Positions 17,434-26,909 of a stretch of DNA of 64,000 bases are shown here, piece after piece. This stretch comes from Gammaproteobacteria bacterium (GTDB lineage: Bacteria > Pseudomonadota > Gammaproteobacteria > UBA4575). The notes beneath the pieces are model-generated. The model was not told the DNA's origin and ran no database searches. It was given only the letters and a program-made list of their open reading frames with translations. The translations under genes and the position numbers were made by a program. The first letter of the stretch is position 1. Every line of letters starts with the position of its first letter. The stretch covers positions 1,666,482 through 1,730,481 of the forward strand of contig OZ243969.1 of NCBI GenBank assembly GCA_965214675.1, read 5' to 3'.

Positions 17434-17829
17434 TCAATAATCCTCCATATAAAGTGACAACTGGATGTCCAGCCACTGGTCCAGCTTCTTGAGTGATTCC
17501 ATCTGTACGAACAACCGTTTCCCCGCGTCCATCAGCCGCGCGGGTATTTCGTTGTACTGGCGGGGGATGTAACCGAGCTTGTGCCCCCCTGTCGTCAGGA
17601 CTTCGATAGCGAACTTGTCATGCACATTTTTAGGCTCGCGGCGCAAACTGAAGCGCTGTCCGGAAGACAGGCTTTCAACCACATTTTCCGCCTCGTAGTA
17701 ATGGGTTCCCGCAACGTGCATCCGTGCAAGCATGATGTCCTGTGCAAAGGGTATACGAAGAGCTTTTCCGGTAACGCTTTTCTGGAGAAGCTGTTCAACG
17801 AGTTCGGTTTTCTGAAGCGCCTTGTTCAT
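17434..17829 (-). CDS. HIRAN-domain protein
   Basis: HIRAN-like core MHVAGTHYYEAENV...LSLRREPKNVHDKFAIEV...GHKLGYIPRQYNEIPARLMDAG. Its ATG at 17829 sits immediately 3' of the stop of the J-domain gene, which suggests translational coupling. The track ORF start at 17949 is an upstream alternative start inside the neighbouring gene. Confidence 0.5.
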   Translation of the reverse strand: MNKALQKTELVEQLLQKSVTGKALRIPFAQDIMLARMHVAGTHYYEAENVVESLSSGQRFSLRREPKNVHDKFAIEVLTTGGHKLGYIPRQYNEIPARLMDAGKRLFVQMESLKKLDQWLDIQLSLYMEDY

Positions 17830-17831
17830 AT

Positions 17832-18671
17832 TCAGTGGGTGGGGCCAGAAGGCGGAAGCAGCATTTCGTACCGACCCTGCAATTCCACCCGATGTTGCTT
17901 GCGACCGGCAATCTCCTGCTGTAGCTCTTCCTGCTTGGCCTGAATCCACTGGGAGTCTTCAAGTTTTTCCCGATAAGAGAACGGAGGCTTGGTGAGTATC
18001 TTGGCAAGCCGATTGCTCTGTTTTTTGACCTGGGAATTCAGTCGTTTGATTTCCGAGTTGAAATCGTCGGATGCCTTCAGCAGTGGCTTCCCGGAAAGAT
18101 CCAGCGTTTCGGCCAAGGCTTTAAGAAGATCAAGATCTCCCTCTCGATAGGCGTGCTGCAACGTGGACCAGATCTGCTTCCCGCGCTCCGATTTTTCCCC
18201 ACCCACGTCGGGGTGGTAATGCTGGCAAATCCGGCGGTACAGGCGCTTCAGTTCACGGTAATGCTCCGGCTTCATCCATTTCACGGTGTCCAACAGGCCG
18301 ATGGAGTGGCGCAGCTCGCGCTCCTTCTCCTTGAGCGCAACGTGAAATTTCTCAAACTCTATACGGATTTCCTCATTGAGGCGTTCAAGCCGTTCAGCGG
18401 TAACGGTTTTGCCGCGGTTAATGTCCGCTTGCAAGATCGAGATGCGCCGCCTCAGTTCCGCCAATTCGACGTCCAGAAGAAATAGCTCATGTTCCAGGTA
18501 TCCAATATCACGGTTGTACTTGGCCATGAGCAGGTCTCGTTCGTTGTAAAGCAGAGATTCATGTTCTTCTATGAGCGCACTGAGCTTCTTGCGCAGCGCA
18601 TCGATCTCCTCGAGTTTGGCAGACACGGAAGGGTGCAAGATTAGATCACTACGTTCTTCGCTGACACCCAC
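17832..18671 (-). CDS. Coiled-coil J-domain (DnaJ-like) protein
   Basis: Central J-domain with HPD motif (YRELKRLYRRICQHYHPDVGGEKSERGKQIWSTLQHAYREGDLDLL), flanked by heptad-rich coiled-coil sequence. Confidence 0.55.
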   Translation of the reverse strand: MGVSEERSDLILHPSVSAKLEEIDALRKKLSALIEEHESLLYNERDLLMAKYNRDIGYLEHELFLLDVELAELRRRISILQADINRGKTVTAERLERLNEEIRIEFEKFHVALKEKERELRHSIGLLDTVKWMKPEHYRELKRLYRRICQHYHPDVGGEKSERGKQIWSTLQHAYREGDLDLLKALAETLDLSGKPLLKASDDFNSEIKRLNSQVKKQSNRLAKILTKPPFSYREKLEDSQWIQAKQEELQQEIAGRKQHRVELQGRYEMLLPPSGPTH

Positions 18672-18837
18672 TACTTACATCTCCCTTAGCGTACAGGTCA
18701 CTTCACTATCCGATGTCTCAGTACCAGGATGTGAGTCATCAGGTAAAGGATATTCAACGTGTCAGTTTTCCGTGAACGCTTACAATACAGTCTTGCTTGT
18801 GCCGATACTTGGCTCTTGAAATGCATATTGAATAAAT

Positions 18838-18913
<76 letters not shown>

Positions 18914-18976
18914 ACTGATTGGGTTTATAACGCGCCTGGGCGGGTGTTGTACAGTTGCAGTGAGTGCCTTTCGGCC

Positions 18977-19002
18977 AAAATCATCGGAACGGATGATTTT
19001 TC
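18977..19002 (-). terminator. Intrinsic terminator downstream of thiO; symmetric and possibly bidirectional
   Basis: AAAATCATC-ggaacg-GATGATTTT hairpin with A/T runs on both sides, 60-90 nt past the thiO stop. Confidence 0.4.
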
Positions 19003-19065
19003 GACCCCTCGCACCTTCATAAGTCATCCTGTACCCGCAAGGCCGGGTTGAAAGGCACCAAGCAT

Positions 19066-20148
19066 CTACCAGCCGTAGGGAACCATTTGAGGTGGGACGG
19101 AGGGGCTGGCCATCAGCTTGCACACGAGGTCGGCAGAGGCGATGCTCATCGCAATCCCGGACCGGAAATGCCCGGCGTTCATGTACAGGTTCTCGTATTC
19201 CGGGTGTGCACAGATGTAGGGGGTCTCGCGCATCGTTCCGGGCCGCAGCCCGGTCCAGTGGTCCACCAGTTCGGCTTCTTCCAGCGCGGGACAACGCTGG
19301 ATGGCCCATGTGCGAATCGCGTCTTTGGCCTCTTCGGTTATGGTGCGGTCAAACCCTACGTGCTCCATCGTGCTGCCACACAAGATATAGGGATCTTCGC
19401 GGGGCACCAGGTAGCGCTTGTCTTGCACGAGGATGTGTGACATCAGGCGCTGCCGGGTTCTGAACAACAGTATTTGTCCACGTACCGGAACGATATCCGT
19501 ACAGGCCTTGCTGAGCGTCTTCAGAAGTTGCTGGGCCCAGGCACCGCTACAGACAACCACCTGGCCGGCCGCCACGGTGCCCTGGGGCGTGTCAGCCCCG
19601 GTGACTTTCCCGGCCCGGACGGGCAATGCCCTGACCTCGGTGCCCTCGAAAATTTTCACGCCGTGCAGGACCAGGGATTCTCTCAGGGCATCCATCAGCA
19701 GGCGCGGCTGCAGCTGCATCGCCGACGGTATCAGAATGGCGCCCTCCAGTGTATTTGCAAGATGGGGCTCCAGGCGTGCCAGTTGCGCCTGGTCAAGGAC
19801 CTCGATCGGGGCATCGTGTTCGCGGGCCCAGGCAAGGGCGCGCTCGCGTTCATCGGTATTGGCAACGAGCATCCCGCAGTGCAGCAGCCCGCAGTTGATC
19901 CCGGTTTCCTCCTGCAGTTGTACTACAAGGTTCGGGAAGGCCGATTCGCTGGCTTCAATCAGTGCGCCCGCGGCGGCATTCTGGCGCCAGGGATGAAATG
20001 AGGCCAGGATCCCTGCGGCGGCCCAACTGGATTCCCCGCCTAACCGGTTTTTCTCAAGCAGGGCCACCTTCAGTCCTGCCAGTTGCAGGGTGCGCGCGGT
20101 CATCATGCCAATTAGACCGCCGCCAATTACAACTGCATCGTAGGCCAT
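19066..20148 (-). CDS. thiO: Glycine oxidase, FAD-dependent (thiazole biosynthesis)
   Basis: MAYDAVVIGGGLIGMM Rossmann start. The ATG at 20148 is preferred over the TTG at 20169. DAO-family similarity throughout. Confidence 0.75.
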   Translation of the reverse strand: MAYDAVVIGGGLIGMMTARTLQLAGLKVALLEKNRLGGESSWAAAGILASFHPWRQNAAAGALIEASESAFPNLVVQLQEETGINCGLLHCGMLVANTDERERALAWAREHDAPIEVLDQAQLARLEPHLANTLEGAILIPSAMQLQPRLLMDALRESLVLHGVKIFEGTEVRALPVRAGKVTGADTPQGTVAAGQVVVCSGAWAQQLLKTLSKACTDIVPVRGQILLFRTRQRLMSHILVQDKRYLVPREDPYILCGSTMEHVGFDRTITEEAKDAIRTWAIQRCPALEEAELVDHWTGLRPGTMRETPYICAHPEYENLYMNAGHFRSGIAMSIASADLVCKLMASPSVPPQMVPYGW

Positions 20149-20222
20149 GTACACTGTTGAACTATTCAAAAAGATTGCAGATTATACCGGGTGTGTATCC
20201 AGCCTGTGTGAGGGAAAGCCGC

Positions 20223-20423
20223 ATGCAAATCATTCTGAATGGCCGTGAAGAAGACATCGCCGATGGGCTGACGGCCGGTGAACTGATTGAAGGGTTGGGA
20301 CTTGGCGGTCGGCGAATCGCCATCGAGGTCAACCGCGAGGTCGTGGTGCGCAGCACGTTTTCCACCCATGTGCTGCAGGCAGGAGATCACGTGGAGATTA
20401 TCCATGCCATCGGCGGCGGTTAG
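20223..20423 (+). CDS. thiS: Sulfur carrier protein ThiS
   Basis: 66 aa, MQIILNGRE..., C-terminal GG(G). It is the C-terminal part of track ORF 19962..20423, and the ATG at 20223 was verified. Confidence 0.75.
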   Translation: MQIILNGREEDIADGLTAGELIEGLGLGGRRIAIEVNREVVVRSTFSTHVLQAGDHVEIIHAIGGG

Positions 20424-20519
20424 GGGATGGTAGGGCAGGAAGTCGGGGGCGCAGGCTCGATCCCGGCGATGAGGACCTGGAATGCGATCAAGGCGAGCGA
20501 TAGAACGAATAGGTAAATC

Positions 20520-21062
20520 TTGAAAAACAGAGGAAAGAAGCCGGCGGCGTGGTCCGCCCTGCTGGACCGTCACGATGTCCTGATCCTGGACACGGAGACG
20601 ACTGGCCTGGGTCAAAGGGACGAAGTGGTTGAAGTGGCCGTGACCAATACCCGCGGCGAGGTCCTGTTCAACGAACTGATCCGCCCGATTCGCGAGATTG
20701 GTGAATCGGCTACCCGGATCCACGGGATTACCAATGCGATGGTGGCGGTTCGGCCAAGCTACCGTCATCTGCATGACCAGCTGATGCAGGTGCTCGGCCC
20801 TGCTTCGGCCGTCTGTGCCTGGAACGCGCCCTTTGACCGTCGCCTGCTGGAGCAGTCTGCATCTCGGTACGGGCTGGAGTTGCCCAATATCCGGTGGCGC
20901 GATCTCGTATCCGACCATCGCAGCATGTTCCCGCATTACACGAGCCATCGCCTGCTGGAAGTGGCGCGAAGCCAAGGCGTTGCCACGGTCCAGGACCACC
21001 GCGCACTGGGAGACTGCAAGATCACGCTGGCCGTGGTCCGGGCGCAGGCGCAGGCCGGCTGA
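20520..21062 (+). CDS. DnaQ-like (DEDDh) 3'-5' exonuclease
   Basis: Exo I motif ILDTETTG, Exo II CAWNAPFD and Exo III H..LGDC. It sits between thiS and thiG. Confidence 0.65.
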   Translation: MKNRGKKPAAWSALLDRHDVLILDTETTGLGQRDEVVEVAVTNTRGEVLFNELIRPIREIGESATRIHGITNAMVAVRPSYRHLHDQLMQVLGPASAVCAWNAPFDRRLLEQSASRYGLELPNIRWRDLVSDHRSMFPHYTSHRLLEVARSQGVATVQDHRALGDCKITLAVVRAQAQAG

Positions 21063-21180
21063 CAGCGATTTCCGATCGCACGGTTTGCAACGCCCAGGCC
21101 GACATTGGGCAGCTCAGACAGTGATATGATAGGGGCCCTGTCCGGCGATCTGATCCGAGCACGCGAAAAACAAGAAACTG

Positions 21181-21999
21181 ATGACTGCGAACCCCTCAAC
21201 AGACTCTGTTACACACGAGCCTGCGGATGTGCTGATGGTCGCTGGCAAGGGCTACCATTCCCGCTTGCTGGTAGGCACCGGAAAGTACAAGGACCTGCAG
21301 GAAACCCGGGATGCGATCGTTGCCAGCGGCGCACAGATCGTGACGGTGGCGATTCGAAGAACCAATATCGGACAAGACAAGGACGCGCCCAATCTGCTCG
21401 ATGTCCTGTCCCCCGAGCAGTTTACCCTCTTGCCGAACACGGCCGGGTGCTACAGTGCCAAGGAAGCCGTGCGCACCTGCCGGCTTGCACGTGAGTTGCT
21501 GGATGGACACGCGCTGGTCAAGCTCGAGGTGCTGGGGGATGAGAAGTCCCTGTATCCGGATGTCGTTGAAACCCTGCAGGCTGCCGATACCCTGATCAAG
21601 GAAGACTTCCAGGTCATGGTCTATACGAATGATGACCCGGTGATTGCCCGCCAACTTGAAGCCATGGGCTGTGTGGCGGTCATGCCACTGGCGGCTCCGA
21701 TCGGCTCGGGCCTCGGCATCAGAAACCCGGGCAATATCCTCGATATTGTCGAGCACGCCCGCGTGCCCATCCTGGTTGATGCCGGCGTCGGCACGGCCTC
21801 GGATGCCTCGGTGGCCATGGAGCTGGGCTGCGACGGGGTCCTCATGAATACTGCGATTGCCATGGCCCGCAACCCGGTACTGATGGCCAAGGCCATGCGC
21901 CATGCCGTGATAGCTGGACGCGAGGCCTTTCTCGCCGGGCGCATGCCGAAACGCCGCCATGCCACGGCCTCCTCTCCCCTGGAGGATGTTCTCGCTTGA
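21181..21999 (+). CDS. thiG: Thiazole synthase
   Basis: [10 protein letters not shown]....[14 protein letters not shown]...[10 protein letters not shown], a canonical ThiG. Confidence 0.85.
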   Translation: MTANPSTDSVTHEPADVLMVAGKGYHSRLLVGTGKYKDLQETRDAIVASGAQIVTVAIRRTNIGQDKDAPNLLDVLSPEQFTLLPNTAGCYSAKEAVRTCRLARELLDGHALVKLEVLGDEKSLYPDVVETLQAADTLIKEDFQVMVYTNDDPVIARQLEAMGCVAVMPLAAPIGSGLGIRNPGNILDIVEHARVPILVDAGVGTASDASVAMELGCDGVLMNTAIAMARNPVLMAKAMRHAVIAGREAFLAGRMPKRRHATASSPLEDVLA

Positions 22000-22685
22000 A
22001 CCCGGTGGCCCGGCGACAGAACACGCCACTCCCGATTCGCAGCTATGTCCTTCGCGAAGGACGCTTCACAAAAAGCCAGCGAGCCGCACTCAAGAACTAC
22101 TGGCCGGCGTACGGAGTGGACCCGGGACCGGGCACGCTCGATGTGCACGCCCTTTATGCCACCATGCAGCCGCTCGTGCTGGACATCGGCTTTGGAGACG
22201 GAGAGGCATTGGCCCTGTTGGCACAGCACCATCCGCAACTGAATTTCCTGGGGGTGGAGGTCTACCGGCCAGGCATCGGTGCCTTGCTGCAAAGGATCGC
22301 AAGCGCCCGACTTGAAAATGTTCGCGTGGTGCACGGCGATGCGGCGGCCGTGCTGGACGAACACCTTGCTCCCGGGTGTCTGGCAGCCGTACTGATCTGG
22401 TTTCCGGACCCCTGGCCAAAACGACGCCATCACAAGCGCCGCCTGGTGCAGCCGCCGTTCATCCACCAGGTCGGTGAGAAGCTTGCAAGTGGTGGCGAGC
22501 TGAGTGTGGCCACGGACTGGCAGTCCTATGCCGATCACATCCGGGCGGTGCTGTCGGCCTGCAAGGTGTTTGAAAAAGCCAAGGGTCCTGTCCTGATTGG
22601 CGAACGGCCTTCCACGAAGTTTGAACGCCGCGGGCTTCGACTCGGCCACCGGGTGTTCGAGCAGGTGTATCGCAAGCGAGGCTAG
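21996..22685 (+). CDS. trmB: tRNA (guanine46-N7)-methyltransferase
   Basis: [16 protein letters not shown] and the rest of the TrmB family sequence. The thiG-trmB adjacency is conserved. Confidence 0.8.
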   Translation: MNPVARRQNTPLPIRSYVLREGRFTKSQRAALKNYWPAYGVDPGPGTLDVHALYATMQPLVLDIGFGDGEALALLAQHHPQLNFLGVEVYRPGIGALLQRIASARLENVRVVHGDAAAVLDEHLAPGCLAAVLIWFPDPWPKRRHHKRRLVQPPFIHQVGEKLASGGELSVATDWQSYADHIRAVLSACKVFEKAKGPVLIGERPSTKFERRGLRLGHRVFEQVYRKRG

Positions 22686-24484
22686 GCTTTCAGGGGCGTA
22701 TCCACATGCAAACGCCGTGCCGGGCATTCGCGCTCATTGGCCAGCGGGCAGCGTTCTCTTTCGCAGTGCTTGATGTTTTTCCAGGCGAATTCGATGGCAC
22801 GCTCATCCGAGCGGTAGAAATGATCCAGCCAGTCGGGGCCTGCGAAACCCGTGCGCACGAATACATCCATGACCTGGCGCTTGGTGCGTGCAAACACCAG
22901 GCGTACATCCAGTGCCACCAGGCGCAAGGATAGCTGGTGCAGCATATCCTCCCCGGTTGCATCAATATCCGTGATGGCTTCGGCATCGATGATGATGAAC
23001 TTTAGCTCCGGTTTGGCGGCCACGCGTTCCAGCACCTTGGCCTCAAAGTACATGGCACTGGCGAAAAACAGCGGCCCTTCAAAACGCAGTACGGAGATCT
23101 TGGGGCAGGTCTTGAGAATATTGGCCTGCGCGTCCCGCAAGGTGCCATCTGAATGACGCGACAGTACCGAGATATGGGGGTGCATGGTTCGGTACATGAA
23201 AAGACCCAGCGACAGCACGACACCGATAAAGATGCTTTGCTCAAGATGCGGGGCCAGTGCCAGGGTCAGCACGAAGGTCAGGATCGCGATCACGCCGTCG
23301 TGGGTGTGCACGCGAAGGGCATACTTGATCTGTTTGATGCGGATCAGATTGATCACGGCAGAAATGATCACGGCCGCCAGTGTCGCTTGTGGCAGGTAAT
23401 ACAGGTACTGCGCAAAATGCAAAAGAATCAGCGAGAGTGCCACGATGAGCCCGGTCACGATCGCGGCAAACCCGGTCTTGGCCCCTGCGGTCATGTTGAC
23501 TGCAGAGCGTGAGAACGAACCTGCAACCGGATAGGCTCCGGACAGGCCTGAAACGATGTTTCCCAGGCCCTGGCCGACCAGGCCCTGGTTGGCATCAATG
23601 CGCTGTCGGGTCTGTACGGCAATGGCCTTGGCAATGGAGATCGCCTCCATGTATCCCACCACTGCAATGACGATGGCCTTGCCGATCAGGCTGGCCGCGG
23701 TCGCCATGTCGACATCTGGGATGCTCAGCACGGGCAGGCCTGCCGGCACGTTGCCCACTATTTTCCCGCCGAGACCCTCGTAGTCGATCAGCAGGGAAGC
23801 AATACTGGTGACGATGACGGCGATCAGCACACTGGGTACTTTCGGGGCGTAGTGCTTGAGTCCGAATATAATGACCAGGGCCACGATGCCCATGACGAGT
23901 GTCGGGAAGTGGGTGTGCTGGGCGGCCTCGACCAGCACGTTCCAGATCGTAATGTAGAAATGATCGCTGGTTTCTGCGGTAACCCCGAAGAGCTTGGATA
24001 ACTGCGAAGTCGCGATGATGATGGCGGCCGCATTGGTAAAGCCGATGACCACCGGATGCGAGAGAAAGTCGACCAGCACGCCAAGGCGCAACAGGCCCAG
24101 TGACATCTGGAAAACGCCGACCAGGATGGCCAGGATGGCCGCATACACTACAAAGCCTTCCGGGTTGGCTGCCGCCAGAGGTTCCAGTGCGGCTGCCGTC
24201 ATCAGTGAAACCACGGCAACCGGACCCGTCTGCAGTTGACGCGAAGAGCCGAACATGGAGGACACGATGACCGGCAGGAAGGAAGCATACAGGCCGTAGT
24301 AGGGCGGCAGGCCGGCAAGTTGCGCATAGGCCATGGACTGTGGAATCAGTACCAGCGCTACGGTCAGCCCGGCGACACAGTCCTTCCATACGATCGAAGG
24401 ATCCTTGAGTTCCCGGATCCAACTCAGGTAGGGGACGAAGCGACGGATAATCTCGTGCGTGTATTGCTGAGCTGTGATCAACAA
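22682..24484 (-). CDS. SulP-family anion permease with a C-terminal STAS domain
   Basis: 600 aa. Sulfate-transporter signature LIPQSMAYAQLAGLPPYYGLY, 10-12 TM helices and a STAS tail. Confidence 0.8.
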   Translation of the reverse strand: MLITAQQYTHEIIRRFVPYLSWIRELKDPSIVWKDCVAGLTVALVLIPQSMAYAQLAGLPPYYGLYASFLPVIVSSMFGSSRQLQTGPVAVVSLMTAAALEPLAAANPEGFVVYAAILAILVGVFQMSLGLLRLGVLVDFLSHPVVIGFTNAAAIIIATSQLSKLFGVTAETSDHFYITIWNVLVEAAQHTHFPTLVMGIVALVIIFGLKHYAPKVPSVLIAVIVTSIASLLIDYEGLGGKIVGNVPAGLPVLSIPDVDMATAASLIGKAIVIAVVGYMEAISIAKAIAVQTRQRIDANQGLVGQGLGNIVSGLSGAYPVAGSFSRSAVNMTAGAKTGFAAIVTGLIVALSLILLHFAQYLYYLPQATLAAVIISAVINLIRIKQIKYALRVHTHDGVIAILTFVLTLALAPHLEQSIFIGVVLSLGLFMYRTMHPHISVLSRHSDGTLRDAQANILKTCPKISVLRFEGPLFFASAMYFEAKVLERVAAKPELKFIIIDAEAITDIDATGEDMLHQLSLRLVALDVRLVFARTKRQVMDVFVRTGFAGPDWLDHFYRSDERAIEFAWKNIKHCERERCPLANERECPARRLHVDTPLKA

Positions 24485-24891
24485 GTCCTCCTGGTGACGT
24501 CGGTCAGTCCTTCAGTTTCCCTGCTCATCGTGTATGCGCAGCGGGATGTGGCGCCTTGCATACGCATGGCGGCAACGGGCACAACCCGCACGTTGCATGC
24601 AACGACCCGATTCCGTGAATACGGTGGACTCAGGCATGGATGAGTTTACGGGCTATCCATGGAGAAGTCTGGATTTTCCTTGCCGAGGTCGATCACGGAG
24701 TTCCTCCCTGAATCTGGAAAGCAGCATTCCTGATTATACGAAAATATGGACACGAAATATAAGGTTATGGCCGCCCCGGGCCCGGGCGGGATTGTTGAGC
24801 ACATGCAGTCAGCAACGGACAGGGAATACTGTCCTTTGCCTGCCTTGAATCTGCAGCATGCCCACAGGCGATAGAAATGGATTCAGGGGTT

Positions 24892-25682
24892 TCACCCCTG
24901 CTTTTGCCAGCCTGGGTTCGGCAAGGTCGCGACCACCTCGAAACTGATGAGGTCCCGGTAGGTGCGCCCATAACGGTCGGTAGTGGATACGGTCAGCGTA
25001 TGTGCACCTGGAGTCTGCGTTCTCGGCAGGTCGGCTCGCCACAGGTGACTGGAATGGTCGGTGAGGAAGTTGCGTTTGAATCGGGGATAGAGTGAAAGAT
25101 CATCCCCCATGACATCCCCTGTGAAAATCAGGAACTCGGTTGCAGTATTGTCCCGTTCGGCCAGTAGCTTGCCTGCGGTCTCACGCACGTAGCCGAGTTC
25201 GGCAGGGGGCCGGTCGGGGCAATGCCACCGAAGCACAAGTCCGGTGAGCCGGCGATCTTGTGAATATAGGAAAACTGCGGGACCATTTCATCGTTGACCG
25301 GTGTCACATAACCGGCAGGGTTAGTGATGAAAAGATTCATGTCATCATAGGCGGGCAGCGCATAGCCACCGTCGGCACGTGTGGTGACGACCTCACGTCC
25401 ATTTGAGACCATGACCCCTGCGATACCGGTCTCGCCCGCATCGTGCCTGGAATTGCGGTTGGCATCCAGAAACACCGTGCTGCGCGCCTGATCGGCTGAC
25501 GCACCCGTGCGCAGCGCTTCAACGGAACCCCTGTAGGCAACCTCCTTGGCCACCGCTCCAGTGGCGAGCGATGTCGAGTCGCCACTTCTCCTGAACCGCA
25601 AGTCCGCGTAGATCGTGATATTCTTGGAATGACACCCGGGACGCACAAGGCCCGTGGAGTAGGAGGTGCGAACTGTGCTCAT
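24892..25682 (-). pseudogene. Frameshifted gene of unknown function with a Cna-B/SdrD-like beta-sandwich motif
   Basis: Two ORFs (25128..25682 and 24892..25236) overlap by 108 nt in different frames on the same strand. The upstream part contains VFLDANRNSRHDAGETGIAGVMV. Neither half has a recognisable complete family on its own. Confidence 0.35.
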
Positions 25683-25771
25683 GTATGCCAGCCTGAGGAG
25701 GCGATCAATAAATTACCGGCGGGCACTACACATCCTGTCGAAATCCGTTTATTCGCATCCGCAAATGGTGT

Positions 25772-26902
25772 GTGCAGACCATGACTGAACCCTTCAAGTT
25801 TGCCGGCGCATCGGGCCAGTCATCGCGTGAACTGGTCAATGATTGCCTGCGCCAGCTGGGCGATGTGCGCGGTAAGTTTCGGCTGGGATTCTTGTATGCC
25901 AGTGATCACTTGTGCAGTGATCTGGAGAATGTCGTGGGCCGGCTGAAGCAGGAAACAGCGATCCAGGACTGGATCGGGACGGTCGGGGTGGGTCTTTGCA
26001 GTACGGGCTGCGAATACTATGATCAGGCCGCGCTGGTGGTGATGCTGGCGGATTTCAAGCGACAGGACTACTCGATCGTCGGGACCCGGGACCTGGGCGA
26101 GGATCAGTTACTCGAACAGGTGTCCAGCTTCTGCAAGGAAGAATTGCCCCATGTCGGAATTGTCCATGGCGATCCCAGCAATCCCGCCACCCCGGGCCTG
26201 ATCGAAAAAATTTCAGAAGCCGTACCCACGGCCTACCTGGTTGGTGGACTGACTTCTTCGAATTCCCAGAATCACCAGATTGCCGGTGAAGTAATCAACG
26301 GAAGCGTATCCGGGATCTTCTTCTCGCCACAGGTCAATACACTGGTGGGTCACACCCAGGGCTGCACGCCGCTGGATGTGCAGCATGTGATTACCAAAGC
26401 CGATCGGAACCTGCTGCTCGAGCTGGATCACCGTCCAGCCCTGGATGTATTTCGTGAGGATATCGGTGAGGTCCTGGCGAAAGACCTGCACAAGATTGCC
26501 GGGTATATTTTTGCCGGTCTGCCGATCGAGAATTCTGATACGGGGGACTACCTGGTACGCAACATCGTCGGCATCGATGAGCAGGAAAAGATCATTGCGG
26601 TCGGAGATTACCTGGTTGAAGGCAGCAAGTTCATGGCCTGCCGGCGCGACGGAAACAGTGCACGGGAGGACATGCTGCGCATGCTGGGGACCATGAAATC
26701 ACGCATGCAGGGATACCCGCGGGGAGGTGTATACTACACCTGCCTTGGCAGAGGCCGTCATCAGTTTGGAGAAAATTCTGAAGAACTCAAGATGATCCAG
26801 GATACGCTGGGAGATTTTCCTCTGGTCGGTTTTTTTGCAAACGGCGAGATTTTCAACAACCGCCTGTACGGCTATACCGGTGTTTTGACACTGTTTACCT
26901 GA
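25772..26902 (+). CDS. FIST-domain signal transduction protein
   Basis: FIST_N/FIST_C architecture, ending in the typical PLVGFFANGEI motif. Confidence 0.6.
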   Translation: MQTMTEPFKFAGASGQSSRELVNDCLRQLGDVRGKFRLGFLYASDHLCSDLENVVGRLKQETAIQDWIGTVGVGLCSTGCEYYDQAALVVMLADFKRQDYSIVGTRDLGEDQLLEQVSSFCKEELPHVGIVHGDPSNPATPGLIEKISEAVPTAYLVGGLTSSNSQNHQIAGEVINGSVSGIFFSPQVNTLVGHTQGCTPLDVQHVITKADRNLLLELDHRPALDVFREDIGEVLAKDLHKIAGYIFAGLPIENSDTGDYLVRNIVGIDEQEKIIAVGDYLVEGSKFMACRRDGNSAREDMLRMLGTMKSRMQGYPRGGVYYTCLGRGRHQFGENSEELKMIQDTLGDFPLVGFFANGEIFNNRLYGYTGVLTLFT

Positions 26903-26909
26903 GCTTGAT

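Noticed and set aside
20149-20222. TPP riboswitch expected near the thi genes
   Set aside because: The thiO/thiS divergent spacer is only about 75 nt, and the 118-nt spacer upstream of thiG has only a degenerate GATCTGATCC fragment with no CTGAGA/ACCC core. No complete thi-box was found.
21621-22727. 368-aa minus-strand ORF, and also 21196..22029 minus
   Set aside because: They are antisense to thiG and trmB, both unambiguous conserved proteins. The translations are Arg/Pro/Ala-rich with no motifs.
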